A stretch of 63,435 bases of DNA, counting the filler, from Octopus bimaculoides (taxonomy: Eukaryota): assembly GCF_001194135.2 (NCBI RefSeq). It is 4 parts of 4 records of this genome, joined end to end, with 100 filler letters (N's around TTAATTAATTAA, not from the genome) between each part and the next. Parts side by side here need not be neighbours in the genome. Positions count along the whole stretch, not along the records: positions 1 to 26,333 come from NC_068994.1; positions 26,434 to 43,197 come from NC_068985.1; 2 more parts are not named here. One strand, 5' to 3'. The position numbers and the translations under genes were made by a program. This document shows positions 24,794 to 38,300 of this stretch, in pieces. The notes under the pieces are model-generated. The model was not told where the DNA came from. It worked only from the letters and a program-made list of their open reading frames with translations, and searched no databases. Every line of letters begins with the position of its first letter. Position 1 is the first letter of the stretch.

Positions 24794-25845
24794 TTCCTCC
24801 TAAGTTCTATATACTCTGGGAACGTATTAAAGTGCTTTTCAGGGCTACTTTATTTGAATTCTTACTATCGGGTAACTAATTTCATGTTATTACATAAGTG
24901 ACTTCACAGTTTGGGTATTCATAACTTATTGGGAATTCCTAAAAACAAGATTCTGTATAAGATATTTTCGCCGTGTCTATTTATGAAAATATGGGAGTTC
25001 ACTATCGTCGCTTCTGGTACTTTCATTTGTTTACGACGCTAAACTGCGTATTAACCGCTTTCTATAAGCTACAATTTCAACTTCTTAAGGTTAGTAACAT
25101 TGTTGATAATTTCTATAGAAAATGGACGTGGTTTTCGTCATCATATGCAACACTGCATCAATGTAGAAAATTTGACAAAAATTCTGGCAGCAGGATCTAT
25201 TTGATGTTGGCTTCAAATTTTGGCACGAGGCCAGCAATTATAGGGGATGTGGTAAGACAATTACATCGACTCCAGTGCTCCACCAGCACCTTTCTTTANN
25301 NNNNNNNNNNNNNNNNNNNNNNNNNNNNNNNNNNNNNNNNNNNNNNNNNNNNNNNNNNNNNNNNNNNNNNNNNNNNNNNNNNNNNNNNNNNNNNNNNNNN
25401 NNNNNNNNNNNNNNNNNNNNNNNNNNNNNNNNNNNNNNNNNNNNNNNNNNNNNNNNNNNNNNNNNNNNNNNNNNNNNNNNNNNNNNNNNNNNNNNNNNNN
25501 NNNNNNNNNNNNNNNNNNNNNNNNNNNNNNNNNNNNNNNNNNNNNNNNNNNNNNNNNNNNNNNNNNNNNNNNNNNNNNNNNNNNNNNNNNNNNNNNNNNN
25601 NNNNNNNNNNNNNNNNNNNNNNNNNNNNNNNNNNNNNNNNNNNNNNNNNNNNNNNNNNNNNNNNNNNNNNNNNNNNNNNNNNNNNNNNNNNNNNNNNNNN
25701 NNNNNNNNNNNNNNNNNNNNNNNNNNNNNNNNNNNNNNNNNNNNNNNNNNNNNNNNNNNNNNNNNNNNNNNNNNNNNNNNNNNNNNNNNNNNNNNNNNNN
25801 NNNNNNNNNNNNNNNNNNNNNNNNNNNNNNNNNNNNNNNNNNNNN

Positions 25846-26215
25846 GACCAGATATAGTTGTCAAAGATCATGAAGGAAAAAAATGCTTTCTAATTGATGT
25901 ATCAACACCAGCAGATGACAACGTTTCCCTAAAAGAAATGGAGAAACTTTCAAAATACAAAGACCTGGAAATAGAGGTAACTCGAATGTGGAATCTAAAA
26001 ACAGAAACAATTCCTATCATAGTAGGCGCCTTAGGTATAATAAAAAAATATTCAGACAAATACATAGCAAAAACACCAGGACTTACAAATATATATAACA
26101 TACAGAAAATTGCACTACTGGGTACTGCACACATCCTACGCAAAACACTTTCAATACAGTAACCATAAGAGCATCACAGCAAACCACAGCACATACCCAA
26201 GGTACACAGAGCTGG
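25846..26215 (+). mobile_element. R4/Dong-clade non-LTR retrotransposon 3' end (restriction-like endonuclease)
   Basis: PDIVVKD...CFLIDVSTP.D.N...KE.EKLSKYKDL...IPIIVGALG...QKIALLGTAHILRK*. Confidence 0.88.
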
Positions 26216-26287
26216 TATTGGAGTGGAGTGTGGAATCTACTACTGAGCACGATCTTTGGTTACGTAATTGCGTGTCGTATTTGTAGT

Positions 26288-26333
<46 letters not shown>

Positions 26334-26433
26334 NNNNNNNNNNNNNNNNNNNNNNNNNNNNNNNNNNNNNNNNNNNNTTAATTAATTAANNNNNNNNNNN
26401 NNNNNNNNNNNNNNNNNNNNNNNNNNNNNNNNN
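26334..26433. other. Artificial 100-bp scaffold spacer
   Basis: 44 N + TTAATTAATTAA + 44 N; identical at 43198-43297 and 62083-62182. Confidence 0.92.
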
Positions 26434-26770
26434 AAATACAAAGACCTGGAAATAGAGATAACTCGAATGTGGAATCTAAAAACAGAAACAATTCCTATCA
26501 TAGTAGGTGCCTTAGGTATAATAAAAAAATATTCAGACAAATACATAACAAAAACACCAGGACTTACAAATATATATAACATACAGAAAATTGCACTACT
26601 GGGTACTGCACACATTCTACGCAAAACACTTTCAATACAGTAAACATAAGAGCACCACAGCAAACCACAGCACATACCCAAGGCGCACAGAGCTGCGCTC
26701 GGTAGTGAAGTGAAAGCACGTTATAAAAATAAAACTACTGAATAATAATAATAATAATAATAATAGTAGT
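26434..26770 (+). mobile_element. Second R4/Dong 3' end with 3' UTR and (AAT)n tail
   Basis: Near-identical to 25946-26215, then continues to actactgaataataataat. Confidence 0.88.
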
Positions 26771-26858
26771 AGTAGTAGTTTCAACTTTTGGCACAAGGCC
26801 AGCAATATCTCTTATCTAATTTTATTTTCTTATCTGTTTTCTATTTCATGTCTTTCAG

Positions 26859-26976
26859 AATAGTCTTATCGATGTTGTTGCTGCCATTAAGTTATCAAAA
26901 ATGACTGTCAGACGAATTAGGATTAACTTTTTTGCTGCTTCAATTTACAATCTATTGGGTATTCCAATTGCTGCTG
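26859..26976 (+). CDS. ATP7: Copper-transporting P1B-type ATPase, exon with TM7 ([39 protein letters not shown])
   Basis: Matches the ATP7A/B segment DVVA.I.LS..TV.RIRIN....[11 protein letters not shown] with the YN copper ligands; tttcAG acceptor, G|GTGAG donor. Confidence 0.95.
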
Positions 26977-27111
26977 GTGAGATATCATTACATATTTCTA
27001 CATCAATCTATAATTATATCAGTAAATATTAATACATTGGTATCATTTCACATTATTATTATAAACTACTAGCTAAGCTCACTGTTTAATTAACAAATCA
27101 TGTTAATTTAT

Positions 27112-27617
27112 GGCCATTCGTACCATCCTTGTATAGTATCAATTTATTCCATTTGATAATTTCTTTGTCAATGTCCATGTTTCACTGCTGTATAATAACA
27201 TTGATTCAGTGATTGCAATGAACAGCTTGATTTTAATTTGCCTGGGTAATTTGGAATTCCAGACTTTCTTTAGTTTGTGACATACTTGTGCCTTCTTGAT
27301 CTTGATGTGAAATGGCAGCCATTTACGACAAACGAATGCCTTTATGAAGACCTGCTGAAAGTTAGCGAGAAGATCAGGCAAAGATGGCTGCAACTATCTG
27401 GTCACTGTGTGCGCCACCTAGAACTGGAAGCACTTAAATTAGTCTTCTGGAACTCACTTGATGGTGATGTAAGAAGAGAAAAATGTCATCACACTTACAT
27501 CGACAACTTGATTGCAGACACTGGCCTGGAATGTATCCAGCACCTCAAGGCAGTGATGATGGACCAAGAAGTATGGCAGGTAGACTTTGTTGCTGCAGCC
27601 TGGGCTGGAACTCAGCC

Positions 27618-27650
<33 letters not shown>
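27112..27650. mobile_element. RTE-clade LINE with inverted 5' segment and (ATA)n tail, in an ATP7 intron
   Basis: Minus 27300-27112: KLKKVWNS...LLYSSETWTLTKK...YTRMVRMA; plus from ~27302: LDVKWQ...SEKIRQRWLQLSGHCVRH...TYID. Confidence 0.85.
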
Positions 27651-27651
<1 letters not shown>

Positions 27652-28369
27652 CAATAACAATAATCACGTTAATTATGTTAATCATTTTTTTGTCCAATGT
27701 TCTTTTCATTTAGGAATAGATTTTAAAACTTTATAGTGAAGAGGCACAATACCTATGAAACCATAATGATAGATTCAAGTCTTGATACAGCTTCACTTTT
27801 GTGCCAATGAACAAAGGCCATAATGTGTTTGTTGTTATTTTTTTTGGTTCACAAGCAAATTCAATTGTTATTTTACATTTGAATGGTAAGCATTAGGAAG
27901 AATATCTAGCCATTAAAGTATTGTTCCAACTATATCAAAATGCTCTATTTTCGTCTTTGTATTGAACATATCTAACTTTTCCTATCTTGATTTAATTTGT
28001 TGCCCGGTTTAATACTTCTTCTTGGTCTTTGGGTGTTTTTAGCAGAGTTCACTCTGTTACAAGCATCCAGGTTTGATTTCCAGTTTGTAGAAATAAAATC
28101 ACATACACCCTCTCTCTCTGTGTTTCTCTCTCACATTGGATTTTTAAACAGAAAAAATATTGAGTACTGAATATATGTTATAAAGTTTAATTGATCATTT
28201 ATTGGAAACTGAAGCCTTTAGCAACATTCATTTAAAAAATAAAGGAGTGTGTGTATGTTTTAGAGAGAGAGTATTGATATCTGCTTATGTAACTCTGTTT
28301 CTAGTTCTGATATTTTAACTATAGCATCTTTATCATTAACTGTTTTTAATTCCTTTTGCTTCTTTTCAG

Positions 28370-28472
28370 GTGTCTTCATGCCAGTTGGTCTGTCTCTCCG
28401 ACCATGGATGGCTTCTGCTGCCATGGCATTATCCTCTGTTACCGTTGTATCTTTATCTTTACTTCTCAAATT
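28370..28472 (+). CDS. ATP7: ATP7 exon with TM8 ([34 protein letters not shown])
   Basis: PWM.SAAMA.SSV.VV with the MxxSS ligand motif; phase 1 to 2, canonical splice sites. Confidence 0.95.
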
Positions 28473-29319
28473 GTGAGTATTATTCTCTTATAAAATTGTG
28501 TGTGTGTGTGTGTTGAGAAATGGGAACAGAGAAAGAGGAAACATGAAATCTGATTGTCAGAAACCAAATTTTGTACCATCAGCCATAAAACAAAAAATAA
28601 CGGTTATGTTTATATATTTGTTTTATAAGATTTTTGATGCAAGATTGTGTGTTGAAACATATTATTATACTTTGGGATGGTCATATTTTGCCAATTAACA
28701 CACACATTGTATATTTGGTCTTCACTTCAGCTTTGTTGTTGCTATTATAATTATTATTGAGAGAGTAGTGCATGCCATCAAAGTGACACTGGAGTACAAA
28801 TATATGAAGCCCAATATACCTATCATGACTACCCGTCTGATAAGGCACACGAGGCCCATGCATTACAACCATATGTGTGTGACATGATGACCTTATACCA
28901 AAATAAACAGCTCATTACCTTACAAGTGGGGCCCAGTTATAATTTTTTTTTCAGGTCGAGTAGCCCATCCTGTTCAAAATGTCCCTGAATAAGGGTTAAG
29001 GATGTTGAATGAAACACCCATATTTCCAGAGGTGAATTATTGAAACCTCAAAGAATTCCTCTCAACACATGGCTATGACGCCCCTCCCTACTTCTGTTCA
29101 TAATCAGAGATACACATATTGTCAGCCACTAATGGACATGCTCAGCTGGTTAAAGTCAAACAACTGACAAGCTGAGCAGAATATTTGCTGTAGCCCATCT
29201 TTTTAAACCAAACCAAAACATGTACATGATAATACTTCCAATCAGTTAAGATCAGATGCCATGAGAGCCAGTACCTGGTTCTGCAGCAGGACATTTGTTA
29301 TTTTAATTATTATCATTAA

Positions 29320-29535
29320 GGCAGTGAGCTAGCAGAATCGTTAGCACACAGGGTGAAATGCTTAGCGGTATTTTGTCTGTCTTCATGTTCTGAGTTCAAA
29401 TTCCAACGAGGTCGACTCTGCCTTTCATCCTTTCATGGTCGATAAATTAAGTCCCTGTCAAGTACTGATGTCGATGTGATCAACCATCCCTCTCCCCTCA
29501 AATTCCAGGTTTTGTGCCTATAGTAGAAAGGATTA
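29320..29535 (+). mobile_element. SINE family B
   Basis: Family B head and core. Confidence 0.75.
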
Positions 29536-30392
29536 TTATTTTAGTTTCTTTTACCTCTTCAGCGACTCTTTATACCACATGCATATATTTGATAAATAAC
29601 AAAAATAATTCTATCATGTGGCATACATTGAGCTAGCTGTATGTCACTTCTATTTCCATTCAGGTGCATTTGAAATACCTGTCTTTTTCTCTCTCTCTCC
29701 TCCCATTTTTGGTATTCTATGAAACAAGTTTTTTATGCAGATAGAATTGGAGATGATAAAAAATTAACTACACTAATCTCAGTATTGTTGGACTTCTTGC
29801 AAAAGGACAGTCATGGGCACTCTTTGTTTCTCCTAGTTGTTATGCAACAAATGCAAGAGCTCTTAATGATTTTATTTGGAAAAGCATGATTTTTTTTTTT
29901 TACTCTGCCATCCATGTTGTAATATCTGAATATATTAATATCATCATTGTCTGAAAAGAAAAAAATGCTTGTTGTATAGAAGGAATTTGAAAACACGGTA
30001 AATGCAGTCATTTCAAAGTCAAACATGAGAGTCACAGGTGAAATATCAGTTCTTAATTCAGTAGATTTCAGTGTAACTTGCTTCAGATTATTTACCACAA
30101 TCAACTACAATGACCAAAGGAACTGTATGAGATCCATTTAGCTACTAACAATGAAATCCTTGAAGTTATTAGAATGTAGAACTGGTATTTCTCTCCAAAC
30201 AGTCTTTGACTCTGATATTGGTTACATTTAATGTTTTTGAAATCAGCCCCACTACCGTTGTTTTTTGATTTTTATTTCTAAAGCCATTTCTAGAATTGTT
30301 ATTAGTGTGAAATTATTCTATAAAATAAATTTAGAATATATGAAAAATTGGTTTGAGGTTTGATAAAAAGTCATGCTATACATACATGTACA

Positions 30393-30449
<57 letters not shown>

Positions 30450-30637
30450 GTCAGCCTGTGGAAGAAACTGTCAATCAAAATCCATAAGCAGTATGACTAC
30501 CTCAACTGATGCTTTTTGCTTGCTCACTGTTCAGTTCATTTTCCTTGCTAGCTTAATTTTATTTGACATTTTTTATTCATTTATTTAATTATTTATTTTT
30601 CATGCATTCTTTTTTTCTTTTTTTTTCTGCTCCCAAG

Positions 30638-30872
30638 ATTCCGGAAACCCACAAAGAATGAACTCCTCACGCCAGAATACTTTCGCAGACATTGTGAAAG
30701 AGAAGTCGAAAATATCTCCGTCCACCGTGGTATTGATGAATGTCCTCCAAGTCCGAAAGGCAGTCGACAGGGCAGTATCTTATCACGGCTGAGTGGCAAG
30801 TCAAAGAAGCCACCAACAGCTGAATCTAACAACTTGCTTCAGATGGACCCCACAGTTGAAATTGAAGCTTAG
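30638..30872 (+). CDS. ATP7: ATP7 terminal exon (FRKPTKNELL...ISVHRGID...NNLLQMDPTVEIEA*)
   Basis: Long pyrimidine tract and AG, phase 2 matches; RKP after TM8 and ISVH.GID as in vertebrate ATP7; TAG at 30870-30872. Confidence 0.85.
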
Positions 30873-30875
30873 TTC

Positions 30876-31375
30876 CATCATCATCATCATCATCTTCATC
30901 ATCATCATTATACACTTTTATGTCTCCTTTTCCATGCTAAATGGGTTGGATGGGTGTTCCCCACCACACTTTGTCATCATGTTATGGTTCTTTGTCATTT
31001 CCTATGTGAGGTTCAGCCTCTTGACATCAGCATTCACCACTCCTTCCCCTATTTTCCTCGGTCTTTTTTACCACATGTTCCCTCTACATGGATTGCTTGG
31101 CAATAGTTTACTCAGTTCTCCTTTTCCTCTGCCCATTACACACCTCTACCAGTGCAGTCTTCTCTCTTGTACATTACATCTGATTCTTCTTATACCCAGT
31201 TTTTCCCTCAGTTCATCTATGCTGTTGTTTATTGTTCATGCACACTAACATTACACATCTACTGGAGCACACTTATCTCATCTTATTTCTTTCTATCCTC
31301 TGCATTCAAGAACCATGTTGTGCTGTTTCCTTTGCCAATATCATCTTTATTAACTTTATCATCATCATCATCAAT
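30876..31375 (-). mobile_element. Old RTE LINE 3' end with (GAT)n tail
   Basis: Minus strand RPRKIGEGVVNADVKRLNLT.EMTK resembles GRPRKTW.EVV..D...L.LT.EM; tail ccaacccatttagcatggaaaagg...gatgatgat. Confidence 0.65.
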
Positions 31376-31388
31376 ATCAGTAACACAC

Positions 31389-31445
<57 letters not shown>

Positions 31446-31599
31446 CAATTTGTGTGTGAGCAGTGGAGTTAGCTCTGTTGGTAGAGAACTTGGTTAGTTT
31501 TTTTTTTTTTATGGTATTTAGTTTGGCAGTAATACTTCACATTTTCCGAATTCAAATCCTGTCTGGGTTAATTTTCATATATTTTTTGTTTCCTTTAGG

Positions 31600-31992
31600 C
31601 GCAGGAGTGGCTATATAGGCACAGGAGTGGCTGTGTGNNNNNNNNNNNNNNNNNNNNNNNNNNNNNNNNNNNNNNNNNNNNNNNNNNNNNNNNNNNNNNN
31701 NNNNNNNNNNNNNNNNNNNNNNNNNNNNNNNNNNNNNNNNNNNNNNNNNNNNNNNNNNNNNNNNNNNNNNNNNNNNNNNNNNNNNNNNNNNNNNNNNNNN
31801 NNNNNNNNNNNNNNNNNNNNNNNNNNNNNNNNNNNNNNNNNNNNTGTGTTTACGTCCCAGTAACTTAGCGGTCGGCAAAAAGAGACCGATAGAATAAGTA
31901 CTAGGCTTACAAAGAATAAGTCCTGGGGTCGATTTCCTTGACTGAAGGCGGTGCTCCAGCATGGCCGCAGTCAAATGACTGAAACAAGTAAA
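31600..31992 (+). mobile_element. SINE family A spanning a gap
   Basis: Head before the Ns; gtaacttagcggtcggcaaaaagagaccgatag...gagtaaaagagt after. Confidence 0.8.
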
Positions 31993-32382
31993 AGAGTAAA
32001 AGAGTTTTAATTTTTTTTTTATATATATTCCCATGTTCTTATTTGCTCTCACTTTCTGTCAACAAAATAAGTTAACAACAGTATACTGGGAATTGGCAAG
32101 AGTTTTTGTAAACTGATCCTCTGATAGTTGAGAAGAATTCACATATGCATGAGATATGTGCATTTACACACACACACACACTATGTATGTTTGCATGCAG
32201 ATACTTGCTTGCATACATACATACACACATATATATATGTATATATATGTATATGTATATATATGTATATATAATGTACAAAGTGTACAAATGGATGATG
32301 AGTAAAGCACTGGCACAGTTTCGATTACCTGTTGTTATCCATAAATTTACTGCAGGGACTTCGTAGTGGCGGTTGGGGTAAC

Positions 32383-32669
32383 AGTATTAATAAAATAGGA
32401 GATGGAATGTGTAATAGATTTTATTGGGTTCACCACGTTTTGACCCGTTCTGGATCTCTTCAGGTACATCAATAAAAATTTCACTAGAGATTTCTTGAGT
32501 CGGCTTACGTACCGCTATATGTCCATCAAATTCTTGAATTTAATGGACATATAACGGTATGTAAGCCGACTCAAAAAGTCTCTAGTGAGACTTTTTTATT
32601 GATGTACCTGCAGAGATCCAGAACGGGTCAAAATGTGGTACACATTCCATCTCCTATTTTATTAATACT
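32383..32669. repeat. ~290-bp palindrome with a degenerate hammerhead-like motif on each arm
   Basis: Arms are reverse complements around ~32533; TGTAC-CTG(A/C)AGA-GATCC(AGAAC)GGGTC-AAAA-(C/T)G-TG-GTAC. Confidence 0.85.
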
Positions 32670-32680
32670 ATATGTGCGCG

Positions 32681-32711
<31 letters not shown>

Positions 32712-35319
32712 ATATGTATGAGACATGAAAAAGATATTGTTTATAGTTTGTTGATGAAGATTTTGGTCTCACCTCTGAAGTAACTGCCTCAAATTAATTT
32801 AATGTGTAACGGTTGAAATAGGACAGTGATTTTTATGACTGTGCATTTCAAATTCCCAAATCAGTGCAACCTCATGCTNNNNNNNNNNNNNNNNNNNNNN
32901 NNNNNNNNNNNNNNNNNNNNNNNNNNNNNNNNNNNNNNNNNNNNNNNNNNNNNNNNNNNNNNNNNNNNNNNNNNNNNNNNNNNNNNNNNNNNNNNNNNNN
33001 NNNNNAAAGTATGAAAGAAAACTAACTGACAATATTAAGTGCCATTCCAGTCATGACCATGCGGTCTTTATTTAATCTAGGGCTACACACAGTGAGTGAT
33101 TTTGAGGGAGATTTAGCTGTTATTTTTAGCTGCTTGAGTGACCATGCAACAGGCTTCTTCATTTCATTGTTTTTTAATGTTCCAAGTGTGGTGGGGGCCT
33201 AGAAGTTTTCTCTATTTATTCATTCTTTTTTTTACTACTGAAGCTCTCCTCGTCTATTGGTTCATTTATGCATGGAACGAACATTTTTGATAACACTTCT
33301 TGCTCATGGCACCATCAAACAGACACTTTTATCTGTTGTCATTTGTAGGGTTTATCTGTTGCTAGTTGCAGGGTTCATATGTTATCCAGTGAAAGGATAA
33401 TTTGTTTTCATATCGCTTGTTTTAGCCCAAGGTCAGCCCTCAACAACCAGACCTATGTTTAAAGTCATTCTATACATGTCCATCTTGTCTTCTGTTTTTT
33501 TTTTAGATATGTAAGATCTACAAAAAATTTTGTCCTTTTTTTAAACATTATAGGGTATGATTTGGAGAAAACTTGGTTGCTACATCTAGAAGGTTAGACA
33601 ACTGCATGTAGACTCACTTCCTCTGGTGTTTGTGTGGCACATAGAGAATTCTTCACATCTCACAGTGTTTGCAGCTAGACTGTATTTGGTCTGTAATCAA
33701 ATCTATGTGCAATTAATGAAGTTCACAGATTTAATAGCAAGAAATAAAAAGGAAGTTAGGAAGTCTTTTATGTGGACTAACATGGAGAGTGGATATAATT
33801 TGCCACTACACAGTGGTCAAACTGATCATGGGAATGTGAGCAGCATTCACATATTAGTTCTCCTCTTTCATCTTCTCCTTTATAATTAGGTCAGTATTTC
33901 ACATGTAGGATTGAATTTTTTTGTGCTCCATGGATGACAAACCATGGAGGAATGTTTTAACATAGTAGGTCCTGTGTCTTTTTACACACATGAGGCATAA
34001 ACTTTAGACAAAAACTTAAAACACACATATACGCAAAAATCCCACCATGGTTCTTTATACCTTTTCTGCCCATTCAAATGTGTCCAGGATACATGAAATA
34101 AATATCCATGATGTATCAGGGTCAATGCAGTTGACTATATCTTCTTCCTTCAACAAAACTTGACTCTAAAATCTAAAGCATAAATAACAGTGAACTGGTG
34201 AAATTATAGGAGCATCAAAAAAAAAAAAATGCATTGCTGTATTTGTTCTGACTCTTTACATCCTGAGTTCAAATCCTGCTGAGGTTAACTTTGCCTTTCG
34301 TCCTCCTGAAGTCAATAAAGCAAAATATCAAGCCAAATACTGGGGTCAGTGTATCAGCTAACACTCTTCCTTAATGGTTGGCCTTGTGCTAAATCAGAAA
34401 CCATTGTTATTATCAAAATCATGGTGGTGGTTGTTTAGTTAGATTGCTTTCATTCGAAGTTGAAATCCCACCGAGTTTCGACTTTCCATTTCATCCTTTC
34501 AGCATCAATCAAATATGTACCAGTTAACTACGAAGTTCAATATAATCAATTATATATACTCTTACCCTGAAATTTGTGGCCTTGTGCCATTGCTAGAAAA
34601 TATTGTAATTATTATTGAACACCAAATTTAAAATATTCTTTATTTAAGAAAAGAAAAATATATATGTATGAAATGTATAAAAATATAATTTCTTAATGAA
34701 ATGCCCCTTGTATTTTGTTCTTTTTTAATTACTTCTGTGTTTTTTATTTATCTTTTTGAAATTGATATATAACCAAACACTAAGGATTTATCCTCAAAGT
34801 TTTACATGAGCTTTTTTTTAAAATGAAAAAGAAAGCCAAAAATTATTTGTTATTTGCCAAAGTCAACTTTGCCTGTCATCCCTTCAGGGTCGATAAATTA
34901 AGTCCTTGTGAAACACTGGAGTAGATGTAATCAACTAGTCTCCTCCCCTAAAATTTCAGGCTTTGTACCTTTAGTAGAAAGGATTATCATTATTATTATT
35001 ATTGCTGTTAAAGCTGCAATTCTGCGAGCTGGCAGAATTGTTAGCATACTGGTCAAAATTCTTAGCAAACATTTCATTTGTCTTTACGTTCTTAGTTTAA
35101 ATCCCACCAAGGTTGACTTCACCTTTCATCCTTTCGGGGTCAATAAAACAAGTACCAGTTTTGTTAGACCATTTTGTTATTAAGCTAACTAGCATCTTCT
35201 AAGGCTAGTTTGTGAAATTTCTGTCTTTTTAGGACAAATTTTCACATTTAAAAGGTTAATGTACATATTTAAAAAAAATATGGTTTCTCAAATTTAGAGA
35301 GATGATTCTTGGAAGAGCC

Positions 35320-38300
35320 ATTATGAAAACAGTTTCCCACCACCATCTGCTACAGTTAACAGAGAATATATGAATAACAAGGGCAATGACGACCACAAAG
35401 ACAATGCAAATGAAAAATGTGAAAAGAACAGTATTCCCACACCACTACAATTACGGGCAACAGCAACAATGGTGAAAAGCAAGACAAAGAGAACATTGAA
35501 ACAAACTTTAATACAATAAAAACAGTAAACACCGAGGTTTGGAAACAAAATGGAAAAGGTTCCATGAATGCATATGGAAAACTAGTGGCAGTTTATTTAT
35601 TAGAACAAGAACTAAAGAATGCAAAAGCTCATCTTACTAAAAATGCAGAACAATTTATGGTAGAATACACTACATGAAATCCAAGAGAAATCCCCTAACG
35701 GGAAACAATACTATCCAAATATGCTGCGTTCAAAACGAGGTAAATTAAGAGAATAACATAGGCTCTAATTGAAAAGTGCCTTAAACCAATCTGGAACATA
35801 AAAATATACATCACTTGAAGATGTTTTGGTGCAGTTGAAGTGAGGTTTGAAATTGAAGAAGAAGCAAAAGAAAATTCAACAACAACCCTAAAAAAAGGTA
35901 ATGAACTATTACTGATTCCAACATATTTCAATCGGGTAGTCACAAAAATAAAGTTGGTTGAGGTTTCAATAGAAGTAATCTCTTTACTAATGGCAGCCCT
36001 ATTATATGGCGTAAAAAATAAGACACATTTTATGAGACTTGGAAAGAAATAGTTAAGTACAGGGATGGAATTATTAATACACACAGATTGAGGATGCATA
36101 GAAGCCATCCTAGATTTGATCTAACACTAACCATCTGAGAGCTTCCTGCCCACTGCAAAAAGAAAGTGTAGAAAGATTCCTCTCTCTACTGCCGACGCCC
36201 TCACCACAGCAACAATACCATTAGCAGCATCACTAAAAGACACCGACAACGGTAGCATCAACAGCAAGAATACCATTAGCAACATCACACAAAAGAACTG
36301 ACAGTAGACATCAACATCACAACCCAGGAAAAAAGTTTTGCCAACTCCACCACCACTTAGAGACCTGTCAACCAGAATATAAGTATAAACAAACATACTC
36401 AATTGTGCAGACATACCTCTTCCCTCTGCTACAGATTTCACTTGACTGCAAAAACTCACCTCACAAGAAAAATCAATTGGCAAGAATCACCAGAATGGAT
36501 ACCTGTGGAGGAGAAGAGAAAAAAATGAAAGACGTTGCACTCGATTAAAAATGAATTACTTAGAGAAGGAAACAGAAATAGGCAAACAATAACTCTTTCA
36601 CATCTCCAAAACCAACACAACTACAAACATCTACAATCGAAATACCATTAGCATAACAGACACTATAACCAACGAAAGCGCAACTCAATTTACACCAGCA
36701 AGGGCAGCACCTCCAAACAAAAAATATCAGCCCCACATGAAAATAATAAGGACTTAATGGAACGTACATCAATATATAAACAGCACTCACCATGAATACA
36801 CAGCATAACACAACACTTCAACTCATAAAAATTTTAAAAAGAAGGCCAGGCACTTAGAACAAACTGAAATCAAAACATCCCAACAGAATGGGAGATTTTC
36901 GAGGGACTATAAATAAAATCTCTGCAAAGAAATGTTGTGGAAACACTATAAATAGTTGGAAGGACGGAAACATCTATCCTTCCACGGAAATACAGTAAGT
37001 GGTTCGTGCTTTTCTCTCTGATGTTGGATATGGCGGAACTCAGAATAAGCATTGTGAACACGTGGCCTGGGGATTATCTTGGAAGCAAGGCCACCTGCTG
37101 AACGATCTCAGACCACCAGATGTTGATGTTGTAGCCATCACTGAGACCAGATGCACAAGCATTTGCGTTCATTTTCAACTGTTGTACGCATCTCCTAGTC
37201 TGTCAGGAATGGAGCGGGAAAGTTGTGTTGTTTCGGAAATTGATGGATCTTGAGATACTAATATCTTCCTGAACTTAAGAGGTAAGTCGGTAATGCTGAC
37301 ATTACCTGTAGCGCAGGCCATGGTTTCAGACTACTAGCCGTCTATGCCTGACCAGAGCGCGCATGGGCGAACTGTATCGGGTTAATCTGAGCAAGATAGA
37401 GTATTCTGTAATCCATTAGATGGAGATAGCTTAGGTTGTCCACAATTTAAAGTGATCGGCTACATAGATCAATATTTTCTGGTCTGTGCGGTCAACCTGA
37501 ACAGATTTCATTCTGCGCGTCATACTAACAGGGACCGGGTAATCGAATTTGTTAAGCGGACGTCGACGGCAGCAATCATTGACAAACAGAAGATAACTGG
37601 CTCTAGAAAAAGCGTTTAGAATGGAGTCGATAAGGTTTAATAAGCATGTAATAGCAGAGAAAACTAGATTAAAGAGAGGTTTAGAAATCTGGAAGGGATA
37701 CTTATAGGAAAGGTATTGTAATCGACTTGTTTGCAGCGAGATTGGCCCTTGACCAAATCTTTAACGGGAGAAATGAAGGCTGCGTAGTCTAAGGTGCGTG
37801 CTCTAATTAAGAAAACCCGTTCGATAGCCTGAGTTGCAAAGATTCAGCGTGGTTACAAAGTCACAATTTGGTCTTTGCCCGACCACGATGGTGTGCTATT
37901 CAAATTCTAGGCAGATGTGCAGCATATTGCTCGACTAAATGGGGGTGGGGGTGAATCGCAGGATGGACTTCGATGTCTACCTCGAAGGACAGCCGCGACA
38001 TTCGGCAGTGGCATTAGAGTGTTGCAAAAAGCTAAAACAGTTACTGAAATAGGAGGAATCGTGCCTGGATACACAAGGGGAAAATCGTCTGGTTTGGATA
38101 GACTTCCCTCTGAGTCTTATGTCGATATTCCAGAATTGTTCGGCGATCTCTTAGCAGATGTCTACTGCAACTTGCAACTTGCAACTAAGCAGATGTCTAC
38201 TGCAACCTAACGGATGTCTACTGCAACTGGTAACAGAATTGTGGTGGCACTGCTGAGTACAAACTTGAGCAAAGTGTACTACATAGTTTATTTTCGGTCC

